Shown here: in pieces, positions 10,043 through 20,329 of the stretch
Layout: the number at the start of each line of letters is the position of its first letter
Position numbering within the stretch: position 1 is the first letter of the stretch
NCBI GenBank assembly: GCA_964654865.1
Contig: CAZZLG010000027.1
Location: 1 to 48,613, forward strand
From: an uncultured Thermodesulfatator sp.
GTDB taxonomy: Bacteria > Desulfobacterota > Thermodesulfobacteria > Thermodesulfobacteriales > Thermodesulfobacteriaceae
Reading direction: 5' to 3'
Length of the DNA stretch: 48,613 bases
Program-made: the position numbers and the translations under genes
Notes under the pieces: model-generated
What the model was told of the DNA's origin: nothing
The model's database searches: none
Seen by the model: only the letters and a program-made list of their open reading frames with translations

Positions 10043-11209
10043 TTAATGAAGTTGCTTTTCTCTTAGATATTCTTCAATTAAGTTATCTGGAGGTTCAGTT
10101 GAAGTATCTGTAACCAAAACCTTTATTTCATTTTGGGAGAGAAAATTTGCTAATTCCTTGGGAGGATCAAAAAGAAGGATATGAGTAACTACCTGGTCCT
10201 TTAAAAAATCAATTAATCCCTGATTTTCTGCCTTTTTAACTACATCTTTTACCAGAATTTTATTATTTTCTATATCATAAAGTGCAAAAAGTTCAAATTT
10301 TTCTGAGTCAGTTTCAATTTTAGAGGGTGTACTTATAGGAATAGCTATCCTCATGAATCTTTCTTCTAAAATGTCTTTTTTCATCTCCTCTGTAGCAACG
10401 ATTATATTTCTAACTAATTCTTCAAAGGCTTTAGCTGTTACACCTTCTGGATAAGCAGCTATTATTGGTTTACCTGCATCTCCAGTATCTACTATACGTG
10501 GATCTACAGGAATTCTACCTAAAAATCTAACTCCTAATTCATCTGCTAATTTTTGTCCTCCACCCTTTTTAAAAATATCTACTGGTTTTCCGCAATGGGG
10601 ACAAATAAAACCACTCATGTTTTCGACTATACCAAGAATTCTAAGCTTTATTTTTTGGCAAAATTTTATTGCTTTTTTAACATCTATAAGAGATACTTCT
10701 TGAGGGGTTGTTACTATAAGGGCATAGGCATCAGGTATAGTTTTAGCAACCGTTAAAGGCTCATCTCCTGTCCCAGGAGGTGAATCAATTACTAAATAAT
10801 CTAATTCTCCCCACTCTATATCTCCTATAAACTGTCTTATAGCAGAATGCTTAATAGGTCCTCTCCAGATGATAGCTGTATCTTCAGAGGGTAATAAAGG
10901 CTCAATAGAGAGAAATTTTAAATTAGGAGAATATTTAATAGCACCTAATCTTCCATCAGGTCTTCTTGAAAGCTTTAAATCTCTTGCACCAAGCATTTTA
11001 GGAACATTAGGACCATGTAAGTCTACATCAAGAAGTCCTACCATAAAATCTTGTAAAGATAACCCGATAGCTACGTTTACTGCCACAGTGCTTTTTCCTA
11101 CCCCACCCTTTCCAGACATAACAAGTATTTTATGTTTTATCTTGGCAAGTTGTTCTCTTAATTTTTTATCTTGCTGTTCCATAATAAAACTTTTTTCTTT
11201 TTTAATCAT
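10043..11209 (-). CDS. mrp: Mrp/ApbC/NBP35 Fe-S carrier ATPase with C-terminal NifB/NifX-like domain
   Basis: SGKGGVGKST, DVDLHGPN, WRGP, DSPPGTGD and ENMSGFICPHC motifs; C-terminal extension starting MRIAIP. Confidence 0.9.
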   Translation of the reverse strand: MIKKEKSFIMEQQDKKLREQLAKIKHKILVMSGKGGVGKSTVAVNVAIGLSLQDFMVGLLDVDLHGPNVPKMLGARDLKLSRRPDGRLGAIKYSPNLKFLSIEPLLPSEDTAIIWRGPIKHSAIRQFIGDIEWGELDYLVIDSPPGTGDEPLTVAKTIPDAYALIVTTPQEVSLIDVKKAIKFCQKIKLRILGIVENMSGFICPHCGKPVDIFKKGGGQKLADELGVRFLGRIPVDPRIVDTGDAGKPIIAAYPEGVTAKAFEELVRNIIVATEEMKKDILEERFMRIAIPISTPSKIETDSEKFELFALYDIENNKILVKDVVKKAENQGLIDFLKDQVVTHILLFDPPKELANFLSQNEIKVLVTDTSTEPPDNLIEEYLREKQLH

Positions 11210-11259
11210 TTATTTTACCCCCCATCAAAAAAGATTAATCAATTAAATTCAGCTTGAGT

Positions 11260-11287
11260 ATTTTAATACTAAGTTACCTTTTGTCAA
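11260..11287 (-). promoter_or_regulatory. Putative sigma70 promoter for the mrp operon
   Basis: Minus-strand TTGACA (11287-11282) - 16 nt - TAAAAT (11265-11260). Confidence 0.6.
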
Positions 11288-11394
11288 ATTTTTAGATACA
11301 AGAAAGACTAAGGATCTCTTGAAATTATTCTAAATTCAATTATTATTAAAATAACTCAAAAATTAAATAATTTAGTAAAGAGGTGAAACTTTAA

Positions 11395-12384
11395 ATGAAT
11401 TTAGAAAATGCAAAAGAAGAGGTTATTACTAAAGAACTTGTTTTTGAAGAATACCCTATATTGCGTTCTCTTTATGGAGAAAGAGGTGCTCATTTTAAAA
11501 TTTTGGAAAATTTTTTTAGAGTTCAGCTAAGCCTTAAAGGAAACCATGTTTTTATTACAGGAGAACCTATAGATTCTGAACTTGCAGAAAAAACTATAGA
11601 AGAATTGTATTTTCTTATTAAATCAGGTTATAACCTTTATCCTTCGGATGTAGAATACGCATCAAGAATTATTTTAGAAAATCCCCACGCCAAACTGAAA
11701 GATATTTTTTTAGATACTATATTTGTAACCTCTGGAAGGAAAGTAATAACTCCTAAAGGTGTAACACAAAAGAAATATATAGAAGCTATAAGGAAGTCTG
11801 AAATAGTTTTTGGAATAGGACCTGCTGGAACAGGAAAGACTTATCTTGCTGTAGCTATGGCTATTTCTTCTCTTATGAAAGGAGAAATAAACAGAATAAT
11901 TTTAGTAAGACCTGCTGTTGAGGCTGGAGAAAAACTCGGATTTTTACCAGGAGACATTGCGGAAAAGGTAAACCCCTATTTAAGACCTCTTTATGATGCA
12001 CTTTATGATATGCTTTCTTTTGATAAAGTAGTTAGATTTTTTCAAAAAGGAGCTATAGAAATAGCTCCTCTTGCTTTTATGAGAGGAAGAACTTTAAATG
12101 AAGCTTTTATCATTCTTGACGAGGCTCAAAATACTACTTCAGAACAAATGAAAATGTTTCTTACTCGTTTAGGACAAAATTCAAAAGCTGTGATTACAGG
12201 AGACATAACCCAGATAGACCTTCCAGATCCTAAAAAATCAGGACTTCTTGAAGCTATAGAAATATTAGAAGGTATCTCAGGGATTACTTTTGTGTATTTT
12301 ACTAAAAACGATGTGGTGAGACACCCCATAGTACAAAAAATTATAGAAGCCTACGAAAATAAAGGAAAATCTTTTAGCACTTAG
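11395..12384 (+). CDS. phoH: PhoH-family ATPase (YbeZ-like)
   Basis: GPAGTGKT, RPAVEAGEKLGFLPG, MRGRTL, DEAQN, GDITQIDL and DVVRH motifs. Confidence 0.95.
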   Translation: MNLENAKEEVITKELVFEEYPILRSLYGERGAHFKILENFFRVQLSLKGNHVFITGEPIDSELAEKTIEELYFLIKSGYNLYPSDVEYASRIILENPHAKLKDIFLDTIFVTSGRKVITPKGVTQKKYIEAIRKSEIVFGIGPAGTGKTYLAVAMAISSLMKGEINRIILVRPAVEAGEKLGFLPGDIAEKVNPYLRPLYDALYDMLSFDKVVRFFQKGAIEIAPLAFMRGRTLNEAFIILDEAQNTTSEQMKMFLTRLGQNSKAVITGDITQIDLPDPKKSGLLEAIEILEGISGITFVYFTKNDVVRHPIVQKIIEAYENKGKSFST

Positions 12385-12392
12385 AAATAATA

Positions 12393-12674
12393 ATGAAAAT
12401 TCTTCTAAGTTCATTTATCCAATTGATAGATTTATTATTAACTATCTATGTATGGATAATAATAGCGCGAGCTATTATTTCTTGGGTAAATCCTTCTCCT
12501 TATCATCCCTTGGTGAGATTTCTCTATAAGGTTACGGAGCCTGTTTTAGCTCCTGTACGTAAAATAATTCCCCCTATTGGAGGAATAGACATAAGTCCTG
12601 TTATTGTCATTTTTATTATATTTGTTATCAAAAATCTTTTGCACCGCCTTTTAATAAAATTTATAATTTTTTAA
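12393..12674 (+). CDS. yggT: YggT-family membrane protein
   Basis: SWV...TEPVLAPVRKIIPPIGGIDISP signature. Confidence 0.92.
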   Translation: MKILLSSFIQLIDLLLTIYVWIIIARAIISWVNPSPYHPLVRFLYKVTEPVLAPVRKIIPPIGGIDISPVIVIFIIFVIKNLLHRLLIKFIIF

Positions 12675-12948
12675 TGCTTTTAGAAATAAAAGTAAAACCC
12701 GGTTTCTCAAAAGATAAAATTCTTCAGTTTAAAGAACCTAATTTTTTAGAAGTTTCTTTAAAGGCACTTCCTGAAAAGAACAAAGCTAATGAAAGTTTAT
12801 GTAAGTTTTTGGGTAATATTTTTTAAAATTTCTAAAAAGGAGATTAAAATTTTAAAAGGAAAAAACTTCCAGAAATAAAATTGTAAAAATTGAGGAAATT
12901 ACAGAAAAAAGTTATAAAGGTAATTAAAGAGATAATAAAAAAATTTAA
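12674..12948 (+). pseudogene. DUF167 (YggU) gene interrupted by homopolymer frameshifts
   Basis: ATG overlaps the yggT stop (TAATG): MLLEIKVKPGFSKDKI...VSLKALPEKNKANESLCKFLGNIF then stop at 12824. Removing one T and one A from two homopolymer runs restores KISKKEIKILKGKTSRNKIVKI, typical of the DUF167 C-terminus. The yggT-yggU order is conventional. Confidence 0.75.
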
Positions 12949-12956
12949 AGTGGTGA

Positions 12957-13898
12957 ATGAAAAAAACTTTTAATTACGAAGAGTATTTTAGTAAATATGA
13001 AAACTTAATTCCTAATTATGAGAAATTTCTTTCCTCTTTAAAATCCCCTATCCCCCAATATTTCAGAATAAATACTTTGAAAGTTTCAACTAAAGATAAT
13101 CAAGATTATTTATTAAAGGCGCTTGAGGAAAAGGGTGTTTTTTTTGAAAAAATTGAAGAAATTCCTCATTTTTATAGAGTTCTTAACGATGAAGAGATAT
13201 CCTTAGGAAATTTGGAAGAGTATAGTTTAGGACTTATCCATTCTATGACCCTTTCAAGCAGTTTACCTGTAATTGCTCTTAATCCTAAACCGGAAGACCT
13301 AATTTTAGATATGTGTGCAGCTCCTGGAGGTAAAACAGGTCTTATAGCTATGATAACAGAGGATAAAGCAATAATTGTTTCAAATGATAAAAGAATTGAT
13401 AGATTAACTGCTCTTGTGGCAAATATTAAAAGACTGGGGATAACTTGCACCATTACTACAAGATATAGAGGAGAGCAATTTCCTTTTGGAATACCTTTTA
13501 ATAAAATTTTAGTTGATGCTCCTTGCACAGGAGAAGGAAGATATAGAGTAGGATTGGAAGGAGAAATTTTATATCAAAAAGGAAGTGGTAAAGCTAATTT
13601 ACCTTCTATTCAAAAAGGGTTACTTATTAGAGCTTTTGATTTGGTTAAGCCTGGTGGAATAATAGTTTATAGCACCTGTACCATTAACCCTAAAGAAAAT
13701 GAAGAAGTAGTTGATTATTTGCTTAGAAAAAGACAAGCAGAGCTATTGGATTGGGAATCTCCCCTACCCTTTCATCCTGGTATTACTGAATGGGAAGGAA
13801 GACCTTATCATCCTTCATTAAAATTATCTAAACGTTATTATACACATGAAATTCAAGCAGTGGGATTTTTTGTAGCAAAAATAAAAAGAGTTAGTTAA
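12957..13898 (+). CDS. RsmB/NOP/RsmF-family RNA m5C methyltransferase (catalytic domain only)
   Basis: DMCAAPGGKT, LVDAPCTGEG, VYSTCTI..ENE and GFFVA motifs. Confidence 0.92.
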   Translation: MKKTFNYEEYFSKYENLIPNYEKFLSSLKSPIPQYFRINTLKVSTKDNQDYLLKALEEKGVFFEKIEEIPHFYRVLNDEEISLGNLEEYSLGLIHSMTLSSSLPVIALNPKPEDLILDMCAAPGGKTGLIAMITEDKAIIVSNDKRIDRLTALVANIKRLGITCTITTRYRGEQFPFGIPFNKILVDAPCTGEGRYRVGLEGEILYQKGSGKANLPSIQKGLLIRAFDLVKPGGIIVYSTCTINPKENEEVVDYLLRKRQAELLDWESPLPFHPGITEWEGRPYHPSLKLSKRYYTHEIQAVGFFVAKIKRVS

Positions 13899-13923
13899 AA
13901 TATCTTTGTAATCTTAAAACTTA

Positions 13924-13932
13924 TGTTATAAT
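13924..13932 (+). promoter_or_regulatory. Extended -10 promoter element upstream of purA
   Basis: TGTTATAAT (TGn-TATAAT) 26 nt before the purA ATG. Confidence 0.55.
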
Positions 13933-13949
13933 ACCTTCTAGAATGGTAA

Positions 13950-15251
<1,302 letters not shown>

Positions 15252-15262
15252 TCTAAAACTTT

Positions 15263-16654
15263 ATGAAAGAAAGAGTTCTTATAGCAAATAGAGGAGAAAT
15301 TGCATTAAGAATAATGGAGGCTTGTAAAGATTTAGGTATAGACTATGTGGTAGTTTACACTAAAGAAGACCAAGATTCTCTTCATGTAAGATTAGCAAAT
15401 AAAAAATACAGGATTTCAGACTACAGAGATATGAATGACCTTTTGGCAGTAGCTGATGAAGCTAAATGCACAGCAATTCATCCTGGATATGGCTTTCTCT
15501 CAGAAAACTATAGATTTGCAAGAAGGGTAGTTAAAAGAGAGCGCCCCTTGATTTTTATAGGTCCTCCTTGGGAAGCTATAAGGGACCTTGGAAACAAACT
15601 TTTTTTAAAAAGGGTGGCTAAAAATTTAGGTATACCTGTTATTCCTGGAACTACAGAACCTATTTATAATGAAATTGAAGCAGAACTAAAAGCTGAAGAA
15701 CTTTATGAAAGTTTAAATTCCGAAGGGATTTACAATTTAGCCTTTTTAATTAAAGCAGCTGCAGGTGGTGGAGGTATGGGAATTGCAGAAGTAAAAGATT
15801 TGGAAGAACTTCGTCCTACCTTTAGAAAAATAAGAGCCTACGCTAAAAGGTTTTTTGGAGATGAAGGAATCATTATAGAAGTAAAAATTCCATCTATACA
15901 GCATGTAGAAGTTCAAATCCTTGGAAGTAAACATGGAGAGTACGTTCATTTTGGAACGAGAAATTGCACTATTCAAAGCATTTACAAACAAAAAAGAATA
16001 GAAATTGCTCCAGGGTTTAATGAAAATGCTTCTTATGCTTTTGATTATAAAGAAGTAGAAAAGAAAATAATTAAGCACTCTTTAGAGTTAGCTAAACATT
16101 TCAATTATGATAATGTTGGAACATGGGAATGGTTAATTACTCCGGAAGGAAATTACTATCTAATGGAAGTTAATACAAGAATTCAGGTAGAAAATGAAAT
16201 CTCTGCAAAAATTTCCTTTGTTAAAAATAAGCAGATAAATTTGATAAAAGAACAAATAAGGGTTGCTTTAGGAGAAAAGTTAGGATACTCTCAAGAGGAT
16301 ATTCACTTTAGAGGTGTAAGTATTGAATTAAGATTAATTGCTGAGGACACAAGAAAAGGATTTTCCCCTCTTAGTGGAACTATTACTAAATTTTCCTGGA
16401 CTTCTGAGCCTTGGCTTACTGTAAGAACTCATGTACCACAAGATCAACAATATATTATTCCTACTCAATTTGATCCTAATTTAGCTTTAGCTATAATCTA
16501 CGGAGAAAACTTTGAAGAGGCAAAAAAAAGAAGCTTAGAATTTTTAAATAAGGTTATAATAGAGGGATATACCCCAAAGGGAGATAAACTAATTACCAAT
16601 ATAGAATTTTTGAAAGAAAAATTAGAACTAATCTATAAATTTATAGAAACTTAA
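15263..16654 (+). CDS. accC: Biotin carboxylase (divergent)
   Basis: IANRGEIA, HPGYGFLSEN, KAAAGGGG and EVNTRIQVE motifs. Confidence 0.88.
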   Translation: MKERVLIANRGEIALRIMEACKDLGIDYVVVYTKEDQDSLHVRLANKKYRISDYRDMNDLLAVADEAKCTAIHPGYGFLSENYRFARRVVKRERPLIFIGPPWEAIRDLGNKLFLKRVAKNLGIPVIPGTTEPIYNEIEAELKAEELYESLNSEGIYNLAFLIKAAAGGGGMGIAEVKDLEELRPTFRKIRAYAKRFFGDEGIIIEVKIPSIQHVEVQILGSKHGEYVHFGTRNCTIQSIYKQKRIEIAPGFNENASYAFDYKEVEKKIIKHSLELAKHFNYDNVGTWEWLITPEGNYYLMEVNTRIQVENEISAKISFVKNKQINLIKEQIRVALGEKLGYSQEDIHFRGVSIELRLIAEDTRKGFSPLSGTITKFSWTSEPWLTVRTHVPQDQQYIIPTQFDPNLALAIIYGENFEEAKKRSLEFLNKVIIEGYTPKGDKLITNIEFLKEKLELIYKFIET

Positions 16655-16659
16655 AGCCT

Positions 16660-18876
16660 ATGAAACTTGAATGGCATAGAAAAATTAAAGACTTATTAGA
16701 TACAGCTATTTATATAAAGGATATAAAGGGCGAAGATTTTTTAAGTATCTCCTCTCTAATTGAGGATATATCAAAGGTTTATGAAGATTTCTATCAATAT
16801 GATGAAAAATTTATAGAAAATTTTATTACCCAAGTTGAAAATAGACTCAAATTTATAATAGATGAAGGAGAAAAAACTCTAACTCCTTATGAAATTGTCA
16901 AAATTACAAGACATCCTCAAAGATTTACTCTTCAAGATATTTTAGAAAATGTTTATGATTCTTATATGGAATTAGGAGGAGAAGGAGAATTAAATATAGA
17001 TCCTGCTATGGTATGCGCTAAAGCAACTATAGTTAGAAAAGTAGGAAATGATCTTTATTTTCATCAAGTAATGGTTATTGGACATGAAAAAGGACACGGA
17101 GAAGATTTTCGTCAAGGAGGTAGTGCTAAGCCTTGGGGTAATGAAAAGGCTTTTCGTTATATGAAAATGGCAGAAACAGAGGGAATACCAATACATTTTT
17201 TTATTTTTACTCCTGGAGCTTATCCTATTGAAGATTATCCTGGTTCAACTCAACAGATAGCAAGAAATCTATATTGTATGGCAAAACTTAAAGTCCCTAC
17301 TGTAGCTTTTATTTCTGAGGGTGGCTCTGGAGGAGCAGAAGCTATAGGACTTGCTGATAAGAGATTAATGGCTGAAAAAGGATATTATTCAGTTATTAGT
17401 CCTGAAGGAGCTGCAGCTATTGAAGCTAAACTAAAAGAAGGTAGACCACCAAGAGAATTAGTAGAAAAATGTGCTAAAGCTCTAAAATTGACTGCTAAAG
17501 ATAATTTAGAATTTGGAATCATAGATAAAATTATACCTGAACCTCCCCTTGGAGCAAGAAGAAAAGATTACGAATTCTTTAGAAAACTGAGATTTGAATT
17601 AATAAAAGCAACTGATGAAATAATTTTGCAAACGCGCAGTTTAAAATTTTTGAGAAAATACGTTCTTTCAAAACAAGATACTGAGGAATTTAAATTTTTT
17701 GTAAATTGGGATTTAGATGAAGACGAAATAGAGATCTTAATAGAAAATAGATATAAAAAGTATAGAAAAATGAGTCAATGGGCGGTTTGTGAACCGAAAA
17801 GTGTATTTAAAACCTTTTTTGATTTTGGACATACTCTTAGTTTAAAATTTAAAAATGAAATAAAATATAGAATTCTTAGACCTAGTCATAAAACTTTCAA
17901 AAAATTTCTTGATGAATTAACAAGTGAATCTTCTTTACTTTTAAAACCAGTCTCAGATCCTGTAAAAACAGTTTACAATCTTATAGTGGGCAAAAAAATT
18001 AAAGCTAAAATACCCACTCCTATTTTAACTGAAGAAGAAATTACTCCCTATACAAGTCCTTTAGCTTTGGAGGATAAAACAGTAACTTGTCCTTCTGCTG
18101 AAAAATATGGATGTCCTGATATATGGGTTCCTGATTTATATGGAGAATTTTGTGGAGTTTGTCCTAATTGTGGATATCATTTTCCATTAGAATATAAATG
18201 GTATCTTAATAATATTTTTGATAAAAATAGTGTAAAAACTTTTAATGATGATATAGCTTCAGGGAATCCTTTAGAATATGAAGGTTATGCTGAAAAGTTA
18301 AAGGAGGCAAGAGAACGAACAAAATTAAAGTCAGCTCTTTTGTCTTTTGAAGCAAAAATTGGAGGCATTTCTTTAGTTGCAGTGATGTTAATAGGAGATT
18401 TTAGACAAGGTACTGTGGGAGTTGCTGAAGGAGAGAAATTTATAAGAGCTATTGAGCTTGCTAAAGTAACCCGTCGTCCCTTTTTGGCTCTTGTTCATAC
18501 CACAGGGGGAATAAGAATACATGAGGGGACCCTTGGATTAACCCAAATGCCAAGATGTACAATGGCTGTAAGAGATTATGTTGATGCTGGAGGATTATAT
18601 ATTGTAGTATATGATAATAATTCCTATGCTGGACCAGTGGCAAGTTTTTTAGGTTCAGCGCCCTATCAATTTGCTCTTAAATCTACCAGATTAGGTTTTG
18701 CAGGACCAAGAGTAATAAGAGAAACAACTGGTCAGGATGTTCCTCCTGATTATCACAGTGCAGAAAATGCCCTAAAAAGAGGACATATTCAAGGAATTTG
18801 GGATAGAAGAGAACTTAGGAAAAAATTATTTTTAGCTTTACTTACAATGGGAGGAAAAAACCTCTACTATAGGTAA
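16660..18876 (+). CDS. Fused acyl-CoA carboxylase carboxyltransferase alpha+beta (AccA-AccD)
   Basis: N-terminal AccA motifs (TPGAYP, EGGSGGA, YSVISPEG, IDKIIPEPPLGA) and C-terminal AccD motifs (Cys zinc-ribbon with CPNCGYH, GEKF, GGIRIHEG, GFAGPRVI). Confidence 0.9.
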   Translation: MKLEWHRKIKDLLDTAIYIKDIKGEDFLSISSLIEDISKVYEDFYQYDEKFIENFITQVENRLKFIIDEGEKTLTPYEIVKITRHPQRFTLQDILENVYDSYMELGGEGELNIDPAMVCAKATIVRKVGNDLYFHQVMVIGHEKGHGEDFRQGGSAKPWGNEKAFRYMKMAETEGIPIHFFIFTPGAYPIEDYPGSTQQIARNLYCMAKLKVPTVAFISEGGSGGAEAIGLADKRLMAEKGYYSVISPEGAAAIEAKLKEGRPPRELVEKCAKALKLTAKDNLEFGIIDKIIPEPPLGARRKDYEFFRKLRFELIKATDEIILQTRSLKFLRKYVLSKQDTEEFKFFVNWDLDEDEIEILIENRYKKYRKMSQWAVCEPKSVFKTFFDFGHTLSLKFKNEIKYRILRPSHKTFKKFLDELTSESSLLLKPVSDPVKTVYNLIVGKKIKAKIPTPILTEEEITPYTSPLALEDKTVTCPSAEKYGCPDIWVPDLYGEFCGVCPNCGYHFPLEYKWYLNNIFDKNSVKTFNDDIASGNPLEYEGYAEKLKEARERTKLKSALLSFEAKIGGISLVAVMLIGDFRQGTVGVAEGEKFIRAIELAKVTRRPFLALVHTTGGIRIHEGTLGLTQMPRCTMAVRDYVDAGGLYIVVYDNNSYAGPVASFLGSAPYQFALKSTRLGFAGPRVIRETTGQDVPPDYHSAENALKRGHIQGIWDRRELRKKLFLALLTMGGKNLYYR

Positions 18877-18881
18877 AAAAT

Positions 18882-19544
18882 ATGAAAATAGAATACCAAG
18901 ATCTAAACTTGATGTTACAAAAATTCAGAACCAATCCATATAAAATTTATCCAGTTTTAACGCCTCATACAGGATATATAAGGGAGTTTAAAGTTAAAGA
19001 AAGAGATTTTGTTAAGGGACCTTCTGGTAAATGGCTTGAAAAGCCAGGTACTCCACTTTTTATTTTGGAAAGAGAAAGAAATCAAAAAGTTATTAGAGCT
19101 AAAATAAGTGGAGAAGTTCAAAAGTTAAGAATTGATCTTTTGAATAAGTTTGTAGAGGCTGAAGAAATAATTTTAGAAATAAAACATCCCCTTTCTCAAG
19201 AAGAAATTGTTTCAGAAATATTACTTTCAGCCCTTTATATTGTAAAAGCTCCTGAAACAGCGAGATATACTTTAAGCCCTTCACTTGCTTCAAAACTTGA
19301 AAAACAGGGTATAGGGAAGGTTAAAGTTAAAAAGGGAGAAGAGATTTTGATAATGGCTTTTATGAAAAGAGAAACCCCTATCTATTTCCCAGAAGAAGGA
19401 GATTTTGTGATATATCATGTTTATTTTGCACCTTTCCAATTAGTAGAAAGAGATCAACCTTTGATTGGCTTTTGCTTAGAGGAAAATCTTCCACACTTAC
19501 AAAAAATTATAGAAAGAATAAAAGAAGAATGGCCTAAATCTTAA
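18882..19544 (+). CDS. Biotin carboxyl carrier-like protein with two biotinyl/lipoyl-like repeats
   Basis: Located between the carboxyltransferase and birA. The C-terminal repeat has AFMKRE (MK biotinylation-like site); the N-terminal repeat has ERERN at the equivalent position. Confidence 0.7.
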   Translation: MKIEYQDLNLMLQKFRTNPYKIYPVLTPHTGYIREFKVKERDFVKGPSGKWLEKPGTPLFILERERNQKVIRAKISGEVQKLRIDLLNKFVEAEEIILEIKHPLSQEEIVSEILLSALYIVKAPETARYTLSPSLASKLEKQGIGKVKVKKGEEILIMAFMKRETPIYFPEEGDFVIYHVYFAPFQLVERDQPLIGFCLEENLPHLQKIIERIKEEWPKS

Positions 19545-19546
19545 AA

Positions 19547-20329
19547 TTGGACTACTCTATATATTTTCCTGAAATAGGTCAAGAAATCTGGCATTTTAAA
19601 AGACTCTCCAGAGCGATGGATCTTGCTAAAAAATTAATTTATCTTTTGCCAGAAAAAGCTAACGGAAGGGTTATTAGAGCTGATTTTTTATCTAAAGCTA
19701 AAGGTAGATTTGATAGAAAATGGTTTGCTTTAGAAGGTGGAGTCTGGATGGCAATCAGTATTTATGATGAATTTTTAATAGAAAATTCTTCTCTTGTTTC
19801 TATAATTTTTGGTTTAGCTATGCAAAGATGTGCAAATTATTTTGGTATAAATGAAGCTAAAATTAAATGGATTAACGATCTCCATTTAAATGGAAAGAAA
19901 ATTGGAGGAGTATTAATTGAAAGGTTTGACAATTGGTATATCGCTGGTATAGGACTAAATGTTAACAATCCTATACCATCTAATATCTCTGCAACAAGTT
20001 TTAAAGAAATATTGGGCAAAGAATTATCCATTTTTCAAGTTTTAGAAAATATTCTTTACTGGTTAAGATATTATTTTGGTTTTTTAAGGTTTTATGAGAG
20101 AAAAAAACTTGAAGAAGAAAATATAGTCAATTTAATAGTAGAAGATTTTAAAATATTTTCAGATACCATAGGAAGATGTGTAATTTATACTCACAATCTT
20201 GATAAAGAAGAACTCTTAATAATAGGAAAAGTTTTAGATATTACAGAAAAAGGAACCCTTTTAATAGAAGATACTTCTTCAAAAGAAATTTTTGAGGCTT
20301 TTTCAGGAGAAATTTTTTACATTTTATAA
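19547..20329 (+). CDS. birA: Biotin-protein ligase (monofunctional, no HTH)
   Basis: [21 protein letters not shown] and GIGLNV motifs; TTG start. Confidence 0.85.
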   Translation: MDYSIYFPEIGQEIWHFKRLSRAMDLAKKLIYLLPEKANGRVIRADFLSKAKGRFDRKWFALEGGVWMAISIYDEFLIENSSLVSIIFGLAMQRCANYFGINEAKIKWINDLHLNGKKIGGVLIERFDNWYIAGIGLNVNNPIPSNISATSFKEILGKELSIFQVLENILYWLRYYFGFLRFYERKKLEEENIVNLIVEDFKIFSDTIGRCVIYTHNLDKEELLIIGKVLDITEKGTLLIEDTSSKEIFEAFSGEIFYIL

